From assembly GCA_030324005.1 (NCBI GenBank), contig JARDVH010000164.1, forward strand, positions 20,886,031 to 20,950,030: a stretch of DNA of 64,000 bases, in the 5' to 3' direction. A model generated the notes under the pieces. That model searched no databases. It was not told the origin of the DNA and worked only from the letters and a program-made list of their open reading frames with translations. Below are positions 11,391 through 25,689 of this stretch, piece by piece. Both the position numbers and the translations under genes were made by a program. Position 1 is the first letter of the stretch; each line of letters starts with the position of its first letter. The stretch comes from Negaprion brevirostris. Lineage: Eukaryota.

Positions 11391-14300
11391 AATAGGCTCT
11401 CCAGTATCTCGGTGCAAGTCCCTTATCCCTTGTATTGTTCAAATAAATCCGCTTCCCACCCACTCCAAGGCCTTGGCATCCTTCCTATTGTATAGAATCC
11501 AGGACTGGACAAAATATTAAAGTTGAGGCCCAGTGATCAAAGTCTGGAACAACTTTGCTTTTATACTCTATATTGCTATCTGTAAAGTCCAGTTTCCATT
11601 TGATTCAGTAGCCTTATCAATTTATCATAGAGCCTTCAAAGCTCTGTGTATGAAAATGGCCAATAAGAGGTAGATTACTTAAATTTGAATCATGTTCCCA
11701 ACGACAACCTACAGAAGGTTTGCTTTTTGCTATAAGAATAATTTTATGTCAATTCATTGAATGTTTAAGTTGTCACAGTGACAAAATATTTAAGCAACAA
11801 GACCATTAAACGTTTTACTGTAGCTATCTATTTCAAAATTGAACAGGAAGGGGTTACCAGTAAGCAATCACCCATTGAATTAATTAACTTGCAACTAGCC
11901 AGATTATCTTTCCAAATGTCCTTTGAGAATTGTATGAGATGACAAAGCTGCCTTCATGTTTATTTGATCACAATGTTTTCCTTTTTAGCAAGATGCTAGT
12001 GACAGTTTCAAACAAGGCCTGTAAGGCAGTTTTTCCCCCACAAGTTGGACAATCATTTTATGGAGTGCTGCACCAATCAAAAGTAGCCCATATCATATTT
12101 GAACAGTTTTGTCCTTGATCAAACAAATAATTTTTCTTTGCTCAAGCTTACAAANNNNNNNNNNNNNNNNNNNNNNNNNNNNNNNNNNNNNNNNNNNNNN
12201 NNNNNNNNNNNNNNNNNNNNNNNNNNNNNNNNNNNNNNNNNNNNNNNNNNNNNNACAAATAATTTTTCTTTGCTCAAGCTTACAAACAATTATTTTTTCC
12301 ATTTCTTCCACTCTCTTTGTGGAAGTAGAGAGTTTTTCACCTTCTACTTCAGGTGCTCCCATCCCTCCCCAATCAATTTTAAATACAGCCCCATGGGAGC
12401 CAGGTGCCTTGATACCTCAGCAAAGAGATTTGTTCTCAGGTGAAGAGCTTGCTCATTCATGTGAAGCATCACAGTCAAATGCACACCTAGCAGCAAGCAG
12501 TGAATAATGCTCAAGGGGAACACTTGCACCTCCTGCACCATAACTTGTGCCAAAATCCATTTTATGCATTTCAGCTGACTTCAGATTTTTTGCCATTTGC
12601 TTCCCCCACATCTTGCTTGTTCAAATGACCAGGAGTGCTGGTAATTACCGACACACAGCACACATGCGGCTTTCATGGTGAGGATGAAAATACACAGCTG
12701 AACCTTGGATTTTATCCAGCATGAATATTCCAGCTTCAAGATCTGTGAAAGGGTCCTCATTGAGCTAAATTTCTTAAAAAAACCTACACTGTTCAATATT
12801 ACCAGTCCCATTCAATGCCTTCTTCGATGGTGCACTGGATTTCGGTATTACAGCTATTTATGATTACTCATTCCAGATTTTCTTAAAATGTGTTTATTTC
12901 TACAGTTGATGTGTTGTTGCCAAGCCAACCCAGGGTTGACTAATATTCCATTTATCACCCTGAAAAATGATATGGTCAATGGATATGTTGACAAGAGCAA
13001 TAATATGTTCTGTACATTTGAGGAGTGTCGCTGATGGTACTTGTAGTTGAAAAAGGGTGGGGAACCTATGATTCATGTTCAGGTCCAAGGCCCCTGGCAG
13101 ATGCCAAATTTTACAATGGATAAAGTTGGCTGAAATTTTAAAAAAAGCAAAGGTTGCTCTGGCTTTTTTTCATTCTTGTGCAAAATCCAAGTTCAAACTA
13201 TGAATTTGTGCCAGCAAAAGGAGGTTCATGCAGCAATAATGTACTCCAATCTATTGCTCAGCACACTTAAATATAAACAATAAGATAAAGTCCCCAATAC
13301 TAGGATTAAACAGCGGTGACAAAAGGCCCAGAACATGTAGCACACTGGATTTAGAGATCCAGAACATCAACTTTTTGAAATAAACATTTGGGAACAGCCC
13401 CAACACTAGAATTCAGTTCATCACTGAAGAAAGCATTGAATGGAACAGTTAGTCAACAGCCCAAGCATTTTTTTTTGAAGAAAATTAATGAATTTCCCAA
13501 CTTGCATTTTCCTGTCTAAGCCCTTTCACCACACTGAAGATTATTATTTACATGTTGATTGAAATTTGAGCGCTCATAGGATAAAGTAGTTTCCATAAGT
13601 AGATTTGTGTCATCTACAAATGAACCAACAAAATTTTAGAACTTTTTTTTGAACTAGAAACAACAAACTGACCACTATGTTCTGATGTCCACTTTTAAAA
13701 CAATTACGCTGCCAGTCTTTACTGTTAAGGCTAAAACTAGTAAAATTTACTTACAAGTGATATTTAGACAGAAACAGACTTGCATAAAACTTAAGTCTTG
13801 GAGAAATATGTGATGCACAATTGTTGCAGTTCTTTCCAGAATCTTTCAATGGCATTTCTGATATTTCATCAGCAATTACCCCAACAGGACACCTTTATAC
13901 TGCATCACATGCAACTTAGCTGTGACAGACTTCAAAATCAAATTATCATCTCTCAACGTAATTTTTAGGATTTCAAGTTTTAATTTCCAAATTAAAAATA
14001 CTGTTCTTGGTATGGCAACCAATGAACAATCTGATACACATTGAAATTTCTTTCCTCCTTTATTCAAACTCAACTTCTGGTCACCCCACCTCATTGTCCT
14101 TTCTCTGCCTTAAGCTCCATTGAAATTCCAATATGGGGGAAAACAATCAGAGTAAAACATTCTTTGTTCTAAGCCAATGATGAAGAGTTTCAAGATTACC
14201 TCATTTTGCACGCATACATATATGTAAACATTTCAAAAGCTTGAGATAATTAACTGATAAATACAGGCATCATTACCACAGCCATGTGGTCTGTCTATGA

Positions 14301-16099
14301 AAGTGGATTCCCCCACTTTCATACAGTTTTATGTATTTTTTTTTCCCCAACACCAATTCAAAAGAATGCTCTCAACCACGAAAATTACATCTATAGAAAT
14401 GTTTGTGATGAAACATAAGAGCTCTGCTTCAATTATTTACTGTGAAAAAACACGGTACTTTGGATTTGGCATGATGATCAATGGGGTGAAGGGCAAGCAG
14501 CAGAAACAGCTCAACAGTTGGTCAAGTCCTTGAGCTTCTCTCACTGTTACTCAAGGTGAGGGTGGAGGGGGGTTTGATAGAGAGTTGGCGATAAAAAGAG
14601 AAGCAGGGGTTGGCTTTGCTCACTAGAATGTTCCTCTTGAATGCAGTTTTGACTAAGGAAAGTGATGGTGCTTGATGTGGCCCAGCCAGAACTGTCTCCT
14701 TAAATAAACATCTCCTTAAAAGGTCACCCTCATTTTTCAACACTTGTGAACAAGAAATGTGAGTAATAATTAGTCACAGGTAAGTACTTTTGGATGCTAA
14801 GCATGAGAAATTTGGCACCTTCTGGTCCTTTGACATCATGCTTTATTCTGTTTCCAGGCCTGATCATTCACACAGTACACAGACCCTAGTATGTCCTGCT
14901 CATCTTTCAGTGTCAGCATCTTGGCCACCTTTGTATGAGTGAGACACACTGATTATCAATTACTTTTAAATTTCCAGCCCTACATGTGTCTTTGAAACCT
15001 CCATTTGAGGCGAGAAGAGGATCAGGATTGGAATGGAATTTGAAAAGAAAGTGAGGGTAGAGAACAACTCAAAACCTTTCAAAAAAATCTATAATATGGC
15101 ACTGACCCCCAAGAGGAGTCATGTTGCCATTGTTAGAAAGATTAGCTAACTTGCGGGACTACTTTGCAAGATGTACAGGAGACTAAAAAGAGCTTGATAA
15201 ATTAGAGTTATTTTTCAAACAGTGGCAACAGACTTCACAATCTGAGACAGAGTTTCAGAAGGAAAAATGAACAGAGACAAGAAAGAAAAAACTGGAGACA
15301 ACAGGAATACCTTAAGACACTACAAAAATCCTCGTTCTTTTCATTTATCAGCAAAGTCATGAGACATTACCCAGTACATAGAAGTAAGCTGGAGTTAAGT
15401 GACAAAATATGCTGTCAGTACAATAGCAGCAGGAAATGGAAATCTGCTGCCCACTCCCTCTCTGAAATGCAGTATGGCCTGGAAAGTTTCAGGACTATGG
15501 TAGGAAAAATTGGATTCTCTAATTGCTACATCCTAAGAATGCACAGTAGCAATTCAGCAATATTTAGACAAGAGAAAGCAAATGGAAAGCTAAAATAATG
15601 GTTCATTTGAAACAAAATTATCCCAGCCTTTTAGCCAGAAGGTTCACTCCTGAACTAGTTTGTCAAAGTTGCTGTTACATTCTAATGTGAACGAAAATAT
15701 CATCCTAATTTGTTTTAAAAAAGGAAGCATTAAGATAAAAAATCCAATGTGCATCATAAAGTCTGCAGTTACTGAGGTATTTCAGAATTCCCTTTGCCCT
15801 TTTTTATTGAAAACACGTTAAAAGAAATACACCAATTTGCAATCTGGAAAAAACAGACCAGGTCAGCTTTGCAGTTTCAAACTTGCTATATGGGAATTAA
15901 GTTGTGCAATATATTCTTCGAAGGAAAAGGCCATAAACGTAAGTGACAGTGAGAACATTCCTGGTCAGTTTAACGTCAGTGGCAAGTCAGGCTTTAAAAA
16001 CAATATCAGGGAAAGGTAGCTGAAGCTTGGTTTTGTCTGAGGGATATTGTGCTTCATTAATCTCGTTGAATGTTTTGATGAAGAAATAGAAAAGGCTGG

Positions 16100-17182
16100 A
16101 GTGAAGACTGCAAATGTTGTCTGCATGCATTTCAAACAAGCATTTGGCTAACAAGATTATTGCACATGAAACACAGTGTTGCCTCAGATAAAAAAATTGG
16201 CTGGAGGACAGATAATAATGAATCATGGGTAAATGACTTTTCTTTTCCAAAACTGAAGGAGATAGACGGTCGTGTTCTCCAAGGGTCAGTACAAGGAGCA
16301 CTGCCTTTTTTTGAATACATGATTTGGACAGAGTGCAATGCCACAATAACACCAAACTTTGGGGTGTGGCAAACTATGGATGATACCACTTGACAAAGCT
16401 AGTAGAATAGCAGACATGAGGCAGATACAATTTAATATGGAAACATCTGAGGTGATGCATTTTGGCAGAAGAGATAGGAAAAGAAACGTCTACTTTAGAG
16501 GCACATTTCCAAAGAGTATGCAGAGACAGAGGGCCATGGGATTTCACATGCACAGATCTTTGAAGGTAAAAGGATATAATGGAAGAGCAGTTAGCAAAGC
16601 ATATGTAATCTTGCACTTCTTTATGAGGTATTGAGTATAAGTGGGGGGCTACAACCAGAGTATTGTATGGAGTTCTGATCATCCTTTTGGAAAGGATTTA
16701 TAAATATCCTTGAGTGTGCAGAAGCATTTTCCAGAATGGTTCCAGGAGAAGGAATTTAGCTGCAAGGTTAGTTGGAGGAAGCCAAGGTTGGTTAGGTTAT
16801 GCTACTTGAAGCAAAAGAGGTTGAGGGGAAATCACAGAAGTGCACAAGATTATGGCAGGTTTATATAGGGTAGAGAAAGAACAACTATTCCCATCAACTA
16901 TGGTACAAGGAGCAGAGGATACAGGTTTAAGGCTTTGGGGGGTGGGAGAAACTTTTTATAAACACAATTAAGTAGTAATGATCTGAAACTCACTATCTAG
17001 GAGGATAGTGGAAGCAGAAATGGCCAAAAGGAAATCAGATTGGAACACTAAGGAAATAAACCTGCAAGACTATGGGCAAAGAGCAGGAGAATGGGACTGA
17101 TTAGATTTTTCTAGAGATCTGGCATATGGACATAATGGATCATATAGCCGCCTTTGGTGCCATAATTACACTATAATTCTAT
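16100..17182 (+). mobile_element. CR1 LINE 3' portion, decayed
   Basis: VLQGSVQG, QIQFNMETSEVMHFGR and related RT/C-terminal motifs, followed by a CR1 3' UTR ending CTATAATTCTATA. Confidence 0.85.
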
Positions 17183-17423
17183 AATCTTGAGGAGACAGAA
17201 GTAAGAGCTGCCTGTAGAATGCAGCTCTGAAGAATGGATTGATGAATAGACAGGAAAGATACAAACATTACACTGTCAATTTTTCAAACTATTTACTAGC
17301 ATGAAAACTGCTACAAGTGGCTTGACAACTTTTCCCAAATAGCACAGCTATTTTTCATCTCTAACTTCCCAAAATAAAATTATAATGAAACACAGAGACA
17401 TTAGAAGTTATGGTCTGCCTCAC

Positions 17424-17494
17424 CAGCGAGTGGAGAGAGTTTTCATAGTTAGGAGATGATGGGGTCCCTCCTGGTCTTGACCACTGGTTAGCAC
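17424..17494 (-). CDS. TCF12: TCF12 coding exon (human exon 14 equivalent)
   Basis: 71 nt, phase 1-0, bounded by gtgtag|GT and CTG|gtgagg. Translates (G)ANQWSRPGGTPSSPNYENSLHSL, one codon shorter than the human exon as I recall it. Confidence 0.94.
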
Positions 17495-19993
17495 CTACAC
17501 AAAGAAAGTCCCAAAGTAAACTTAATATGCAGTTAAAAGAATTATCAATTTGTACTTTTCAACAAAAGTACACATCTGTCAAATGTTTCTGTTTGGGAAG
17601 TGTCCAAATAATCTAAGTAAGATAGGTCATGCATTTCCTGTGAAAAAAGTCAAACATTCAGATGAATCAAGGCTAACAACTCAAAAAGTTGAAGAATTTT
17701 GAAGACCAACCTTTACAAGGTACAACATTACAATTAAGTACACTAAATGTGTAATAATGGGTTGGATTGGACTATCACTGTCCATCAATGGAGCAACTTT
17801 ATAAACTTATATGAACATAAATATCAAACAAGANNNNNNNNNNNNNNNNNNNNNNNNNNNNNNNNNNNNNNNNNNNNNNNNNNNNNNNNNNNNNNNNNNN
17901 NNNNNNNNNNNNNNNNNNNNNNNNNNNNNNNNNACACAAGACCAATCAACAAGACCATAAAAAACTACTTCAAAAAATGCATTGCAATAAGTTTGAATCT
18001 GGAGTCTGGTTTGTGTTCACTCTTTATACTTAGATATTAGCAGAGATGAAAAGCCATCATTAAAAAGTTTCATAGAAAATATTTCTATTTTGCATCACAC
18101 TTGAGATTTTTGCAGATTCTTTTTCTGTGAAATTACAAAATTAATGACTTCTTTGAGAAGCAGAAAGTTACATTTCAAGTTTAAAATCTGAACCCCCTTT
18201 ATCATTGTAGACTGTCATGAACATCTGCATGAGTCTTTGGTGTATCTCAGCTATTCAGACACATGCCAATGTACGCAGTTGAACCTGGAACTCAAATCAT
18301 TCCTTCAGTGGCCATGCCTTTCAATGTTTTCCCAGTTGCGACACCAGATCAACTGTTCTATTCAATTATTTTTGTTGTCTGCTCAGAAGTTGAACATTGA
18401 TATTTCTAGGATGCGTTTATATACCAATTAAGTATCAACTGTGCAGATAATGAAAACATTGCAAGAAATTCAGTCCAAAACTTGGACATGGATCATCAGC
18501 GTCTGAAGGGTTCCCTGTATTGCCATGCTTCAGCATCAGTTGCCACAAGTTTTTTGAGACCAAGCCTGAACGGTGGAAGGGTACCCTCTCAAGTAAGCGT
18601 ATCCGAAACAACTAGCTTCATTTTATGTCAAAGTAGGTCTGTAGTGGGACTTGTGCTAGGGAAGAATAAAATTACATCTCTGCTTTGGATAGTTAACAAT
18701 CAAACAAAAATGATTTGTGGGTTTTAAGTACAGTTCCTCTGAAAGTCAGTGTGTCAATAAGCTGGACTATATCTATTACAGATGTCACAAAGTAGACTCC
18801 CTGCTTCGTATTTTATTTGAATTAAAATTAATAATTTCCAGTTTGCAAACTAAATTACTATACACAATTCACAGCCATTTTATTCAAATGCAGTTGACCT
18901 GGGCTTAAATACCTTCAGACCAAATTTACTGCAGTTTTAAAGGTGTTAATGGAAGTATCATGAAGATGGCAACTTGAAAATACATTTTAAATCAGTGCTC
19001 CTTCAATAAATAATTCAAAAGATAATGAAATCAAAACTTCCAATTGAATTGTCAATTTGATTTAACTTTCTCCACTTCTGTGCTTTTGAAATTAAATCGC
19101 TATTGATNNNNNNNNNNNNNNNNNNNNNNNNNNNNNNNNNNNNNNNGTCATTACTCTAATGAAAGTGATAGAAACTCGGGACTAACGCTCAGTACGTAAC
19201 TGCAAAGCAGATCTTTGTGTCGGAGCATCCAGCTCCTCCATAAGATGTGCTGCAGAGGTTCCCAGAGCTTCCAATCAAATGATTTCTGATTAAAGATCAT
19301 CGACCTGAAACCATAACTCAACTTTTCTCCTTCTCAGTGACCAGACCTGTTGAGTATTCCTAGCCTTTTCCATTTAAATCCATTTTAAACTGTTAGTTTC
19401 ATGAAAAGGGTTAAGATGTTGTTGAATAGGATGAACTAGGTTTAAAACAACATACTAATTTCACAATTACCATTGAGCACCATGACTGACTGTTAAAAGA
19501 TAATTTTACATTTATGGACAAAATTCCCTCTAAGGTGCGTTGTCATGCAGCAATCTTAAGTTCATATGCAATCCATGCAGAAGTAGACACATGCTTGCAC
19601 AGTTGCACCAAAAAAAATTAACAGTACAGCTCTTTTAATGAATTCACTGCATGCAACAAAAAAGAGATGCTGTTTGTGGAATGTCAAACATCTTCAAGGA
19701 TAAAATTACATAATATAAAAAAAACTTGTTACAAGTCTATTTTAACTTTATTTCAGGTTCTGTCAGAACAATTAATTTGCCATCTGAAAAGCTGAATTAA
19801 ATGTGAATGACTAACTGCTTCTAACCTCCTGGTTTCTTACCTGCCTGCTAAATTGACTGCTGCTGCATGTCAAGAATTCCCTTGACTTGGTTCCAGATTT
19901 AACTGTCACGAGGAAAGGGAAAATTCCCAGAAATCACTAGACCTTTACAGGTAATCCTCTTTGAGGTCAGCATGAATGTCCTTGCTCCATTCT

Positions 19994-20297
19994 TAGAATC
20001 CCTACAGTGCAGAAGGGGGCCATTTGGCTCATCCAGTCTGCACAAACCACAATCCCACTCGGCCTATCCCCGTGATCCCATTTATTTACCCTATTAATCT
20101 CCCTGACACTAAGGGTAATTTAGTAATGCCAATCAACCTAACCCGCACATCTTTGGACTGTGGGAGGAAGCCGGACCACCCGGAGGAAACTCACACAAAC
20201 ACAGGGAGAATGTGAAAACTCCACACAGTGACCCAATCCAGAAATTGGAATCTGGGTCCCTGGCGCTGTGAGGCTGCACTATGCCAATGTGCCACCC
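19994..20297 (-). mobile_element. HE1-type V-SINE
   Basis: V-core GTTTCCTCCGGGTGGTCCGGCTTCCTCCCACAGTCCAAAGATGTGC and tail CCCCTTCTGCACTGTAGGGATTCTA on the minus strand. Confidence 0.9.
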
Positions 20298-21317
20298 TGC
20301 TAATCACAAAACCATAGCCAATGTGCTTCAGCAGCATAGTGAAACAGAGCTAAATCCAATTGATAATTCAAAAAAGCACTTGGGCACAAGATGGCATTTC
20401 AAAAAAAAAACAACTTTACAACAGTAGAGTTTGCTGAAACTCAAAATAGCAGCATGGTGGCGCAGCTGCCTCACAGTGCCAAGAATCTCCTGCACTGTGA
20501 GGATTCTATGGTTCTACGAAGATTCTCTTGCATATCCATCATCCTCTGCCTTCATTTTTTTTAAACAAGGGCACCATTCATATGTTTGCACCACAACTAG
20601 AAAGTGGAATGGATCGCATTGATTCAAATTTACAATGATTTTGTAAATTATGAATGAAATGTTTTTTTGTGATGGTCCTCTTTTATATCTATTCTTTAAA
20701 CAATAGGGTGCATTTATAAAGGAGACTTGTCTTAAATACCAACAACTTTTGAAGTATTGCTTCTTTGCTTAGTCATTAACAAATTACACCTGTGTAAACC
20801 TACAGTTCTGTTCAGTAGAAATCATGAAATGGAATCTATACAAGGCAGTTGCATCTGCAATGCGACCCACTGAATCAAATGAGAGACTCATTAATCCCTC
20901 ATTATACAATCCAACAAGAAGTTTTCAGTGAGTGCTGGAAAAATTGCCTAAAGCAGCTGTCCAACGCCAGCTCGAAAGATGTTTATTGTCCGATGAAAAT
21001 GTCCAATTCTACGTAAGAGTAAATGCGCATGCAATTATGAACTTCTCTCAGCAACTGTAGCAGCGAATTCCAATTATTGCATGAAGTATGTTAACTTGTT
21101 AAAATTAATATACTAATGCCCAATGAAAGTCATTTTCCCATTGTATGATTCTGATTTCCAACTAAACTGACAAAAGTTTAGGAATAAGTCATGCAAGAAA
21201 CAGCTATTTGAGTTGGATTCGACATCTAATATTATTCACTAATGAATGGTAGGATGGTAGGAATTAACATCTTACCAATGCAATGACAATCTTGGACCAG
21301 GACAAGCAGCTCACCGT

Positions 21318-21633
21318 GGGCAGCACCGTGGCACAGTGGTTAGGACTGCTGTCTTACAACACGAAGGATCCGGGTTCAATTCTGACCTCGGGTCACTGTC
21401 TGTGTGGAGTTTGCACACTGTCTCCGTATTTGCATGGGTTTTCTCTGAGTGCTCCCACAGTCCAAAGATTTGTGGGTTAGGTTGATTGGCCATGCTAATT
21501 TAACTCTAGCGTCAGGGGGATTAGCAGGATAAATATATGAAGTTACGGGAATAGGCCCTGGGTGGGATGTGGTTGGTGTGACTCAATGGGCTGAACGGCC
21601 TCCTTCTGTACTATAGGGATATTATGATTCTAT
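21318..21633 (+). mobile_element. HE1-type V-SINE, near full length
   Basis: Starts GGGCAGCACCGTGGCACAGTGGTTAG (A box), has GGTTCAATTC (B box) and the V-core, and ends GGCCTCCTTCTGTACTATAGGGATATTATGATTCTAT. Confidence 0.92.
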
Positions 21634-21799
21634 TATCAATACTACAGTAAATAGATTTGAAGAAACATTCTGGAGAAGTTGGGACTCTTCCTTGGGAAGA
21701 AAAGAGATTTTATAGAGGTATTCGAAATCATGAACATTTGCTAAAAGCTGATATGTATTGTAAGTGGGCTTTCACTGGTCTAGTTATTTTGCTGAGTGT

Positions 21800-22522
21800 A
21801 TCAAAATAAAGGAGATAGTCATCAACTTCAGAAAGCGTGGTGGAGGGCATGCCCGTCTACATCAATGCAGATGAAGTAGAAATGGTCTAATTTAAGTTTT
21901 TAGGTATCCAGATCACCAACAATCTGCCCTGGTCCCTCCATGTGGATGCTACTGTTAAGAAAGCCCACCAATGCCTCTACTTTCTCAAAATACTAGGGAA
22001 ATTTGGTATGTCCACTACAATTCTCATCAACTCCTTCAGATGCACCATAGAAAGCATTACTTTGAGTTATATTGCAGCTTGATATGGCTCCTGCTCTGTT
22101 CAAGACCGCAAGAAACTACAAAGGGTCGTGAATAAAGCCCAGTCCATCACTCAAACCAGCCTCTTATCCACTGACACTGTCTACACTTCCCACTGCCTCA
22201 AAAAAGCAGCCAGCAGAATCAAGGACCCCATGCACCCTACACAGACTCTCTTCCACTTTCTTCTGTTGGGAAGATACAAAAGTCTGAGGACACATACTAA
22301 ACAACTCAAAAACAGCTGCCTTCCTGCTACCATCAGACTTTTGAATGGACCTACCTTGCATTAAGTTGAACTTTCCCTACACCCAAGCTGTGATTGTTAT
22401 TACTACATTCTGAACTCTTTCCTTTCCTTCCCTATGTTGGTATGTTTTATCTGCACAGTGTGTAAGAAACAATACTCTTGACTGTATACTAATACATGTG
22501 ACAATAATAAATCAAGTCAAAT
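21800..22522 (+). mobile_element. Rex1/Babar-clade LINE, 5'-truncated 3' end
   Basis: Translation fragments KEIVINFRK, FKFLGIQITNNLPW, VKKAHQCLYFL, RKKLQRVVNKAQSI, IKDPMHP and NSCLPATIRLLN are typical of the Rex1/Babar RT C-terminus. Ends TGTGACAATAATAAATCAA. Confidence 0.8.
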
Positions 22523-23204
22523 TTCATCTGCAATATGATTTAAGAATACACCTCAGAATTCATGACAGTTGAGGAAGTGGAACTTCATGATTTTACCCAT
22601 TTACCCTTAACTAGCAGTTTTAAAGAAAGAAAATCAGAGATTATTCGAATATATATACTTTATTTGCCAAGTTCATGATTACAAAGCATTAGAATGCCAC
22701 ACATCACCAGCAACTAGATTGAACACAATTTACGAAAACATGTAACACAACACACGTTTTCATCATTAAAACCGGAAATTCCAGATCGTGCAGCCTAAGT
22801 AATCAACAATACATTTTGTTACTCCTTATAAAATAAAACCTAACAGTTTCAAAACTCTCTTCAGACGAGCAAGTGTGCGCGTCCAAAAGCATAAACTCCA
22901 AACACAGCAATCTTAAAACTGTGTCCTAAAACAACAATTCTGCAGACTGTTCACAAAGGACATCAAAATAATTTCAAAACTGTCAATTTTTAAGAATCAC
23001 AATTTAATATCAAGCAATGCCAAAACAAATGCAAGATCTGAAAGCGATTCTCTTTTGTTGCTCAATAAATATTCGCAAAATCAAAACTTAATCTTAGTCA
23101 TTGCAAATTTTGTGTCAGCAAATTCAAGATTGTTGTAGGCCCAATTATAAACAAGCTTTGAGCTACATTTAGTTTCTCCAATGCATAAGCAAGTCAAATC
23201 TTAC

Positions 23205-23283
23205 CAGATAAAGGTGATGGTGACCCAACTGGCGTTGATGGATTTGATGGGAAACTACTACTGGTGTGATCAGGCGAATANNN
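23205..23283 (-). CDS. TCF12: TCF12 coding exon (human exon 13 equivalent); first codon and splice acceptor hidden in an N gap
   Basis: The visible part 23205-23280 translates YSPDHTSSSFPSNPSTPVGSPSPLS-G with donor G|gtaaga. The 5' boundary at 23283 is inferred from the expected Ile codon and 79-nt length. Confidence 0.9.
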
Positions 23284-25689
23284 NNNNNNNNNNNNNNNNN
23301 NNNCCTTGAGGAGGAAAATTTTCATTCACAAGTACTGCTTTCAAATGCTGGTTGGAAAAAAATTATCAACCCAGCTGGCAAAACTTGCAAGGAGCTATAG
23401 AATACAGAATGACAGATTAACTTCCCAAAGCCTATGTATAATGATGTGCCACTATCCAATGCAACAATTTCTCTAAATCTTAATCTTTAACATTCAGATC
23501 CTACAATGGCATAAAGGTGATCACCGAGCACCGCTCTCCCAGGTTTACACGAGCATTTGGTACCAATTTCCCCACACTTTAGAAAAATGAAATTGGTACT
23601 AAAGCAGATGCATACAACATGCCAATGTTATGGTAAGAGCATATTGAGCTTTGCATGCTCAGGATGGGGCTGGCAAAGGCACATTGCAGCATGATGTAAG
23701 CAATGGCCAAGGGGTACATGGGTCCAAATCAGTATGCTTGCATCACTGAACATAGGGTGGTGGGACCAGCAGCTCTCCAGAGTCAGGGTGCTTGCATTTG
23801 GAAGTGCCAAACTGCTTGCTATCACTGACAACTCTCTTCAAAGACATGGTAATAAATGAATTGAGAATGTGGAAAAATTTTTCTTAAAGTCATTTTATAC
23901 CAGCAATCGTGTTAGATGAACTATTTGAAGCATGTTCTGATAGTTTCTCAACTTTAACCTTAACTCTCAAGTGCCCTTGGGCAACTAGGGGTGACCACTA
24001 AATGCTGACCAGTCAGTCATGCCCATGTCCCACGAATGAATAAAAAAACATACAATTAGCTTTCATTGTATCGCTGTGCAGGGGGGAAAGACAATCACCT
24101 GTGATCTAAATACCTCATCAAATACACATCCTCTTGCAAGAAACAAGACAGGACAAGATGGAGAATAAAGAACAAGCCTTTGGTACTTGGAATTCCTTTT
24201 GAAAAATACATATGCATTCTGCCTTGTGAGAACATGACAATTTAACAGAAACTTTGCATATTTTAGTTCATAAAATTACCACAATATACATCATGTAACA
24301 ACTTTTCTTGTGGGTTTTTTGCTCCATTAGACATTATACCAAAACTCAGGCAAGCAAAATGAGTTATTTTGTGAGCAAAGCGTACACATTACTCATTAAA
24401 AACATTCGATCTGAGGCAGCAATTAACTGACAAATAAAGGACTTTGCCTTCCAGGTGTACTTCACTAAACTAGACATTGTAGATTGTTCTTCCCAAGGAA
24501 AACAGCAATCTTAAAGAGTGCCAGAATACCAGAAGTGAAACAAATTTTTTTTCTTGTTCATATAACCTGTTGTCTTTGTGGATGGGTTTATTCAACTCAC
24601 TTGTTTCGACTGAGTGTAATCTAAAAGGTGCAGAATTCATGAAGTCAAAAGATGTGCATACAATATTATATTCAATTTCCTTTAGACAAGACATTCCAAC
24701 TCAATAGTATTTAAGCACTCCAATAGTGAAATGACAAGAAGGGTTCAGAAAAGAGTTCCACTAAAAGATTAGTTCTCTATTGATTGTGTCTTGAATTCAC
24801 GATAGATTTTTTTTTTCTTAAAAGGTTTACCACTTATTGGATCGATGATTTGGTGTAACATCGAGGGAGCTCTTCTATATACTGAATATATTTAGGACAG
24901 ATCAGGTTATTACATTGGTTTGAGACTTAAATAAAAGGAGGATTCTGTGAACATGGTTCTTGAATTTTTCCCTTTGCTTTTTTGCTGTAGATTTATTTGT
25001 TCTTGCAGCTTAGATTATTCTTATCACTTAGTTGTGACACCAAATGTCTTGGATTATGTATACACAAGCCCTGTCTACAGAAAACACACAAGCCTCTCTT
25101 TATTACCTTAAAACTATTGGGATTACCCTATGCCTTCGCAGAATCTCACAACTCTTGAGCAATGGAACATCACAAGACCTCACTGAGCCTTACTATTTGT
25201 TAATGAGCAAGTGAACATTTCTGGCAGTAGAAATCCTGGCAACCATCTCCTTGAAATTTAAAGCAATGAAGTCGCTAACCATTTAGTAAACTGTTACTTT
25301 AAATTACTTATTTGTTGGGTTTTCATAACTACCAACCATACAAAAAGGAAGTAGCTGATTTGAAACATAGTGGTTCCTCTCCCAAACCTGCACCTTGGAA
25401 ATAGCGAACTGTCACAATATACATTTCAATACAAGTTGGGATAATGCAAGTACCCTTACAAACTTATGTCTTATTTGATTTAAAGCATTAGCTAGCAGAG
25501 GAGAACAAGTTTAATGTTTGTTATAGCTCTTATAAAGATAAAATGTACAAAGGATAAAAAGGTGGATTTTAAAGGCTCAGGTATTTTCCGCAGGTTCTTC
25601 CAATTCCTGTATTCTTGCGATCCAGGGCTTTCTCCATTCACTCAAATGCACTGACTAATCTGAAGTAGCATCTTGAATTAGCCCTTCAG

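Noticed and set aside
9538-12507. ORFs containing long X runs
   Set aside because: They are open only because they read through N gaps.
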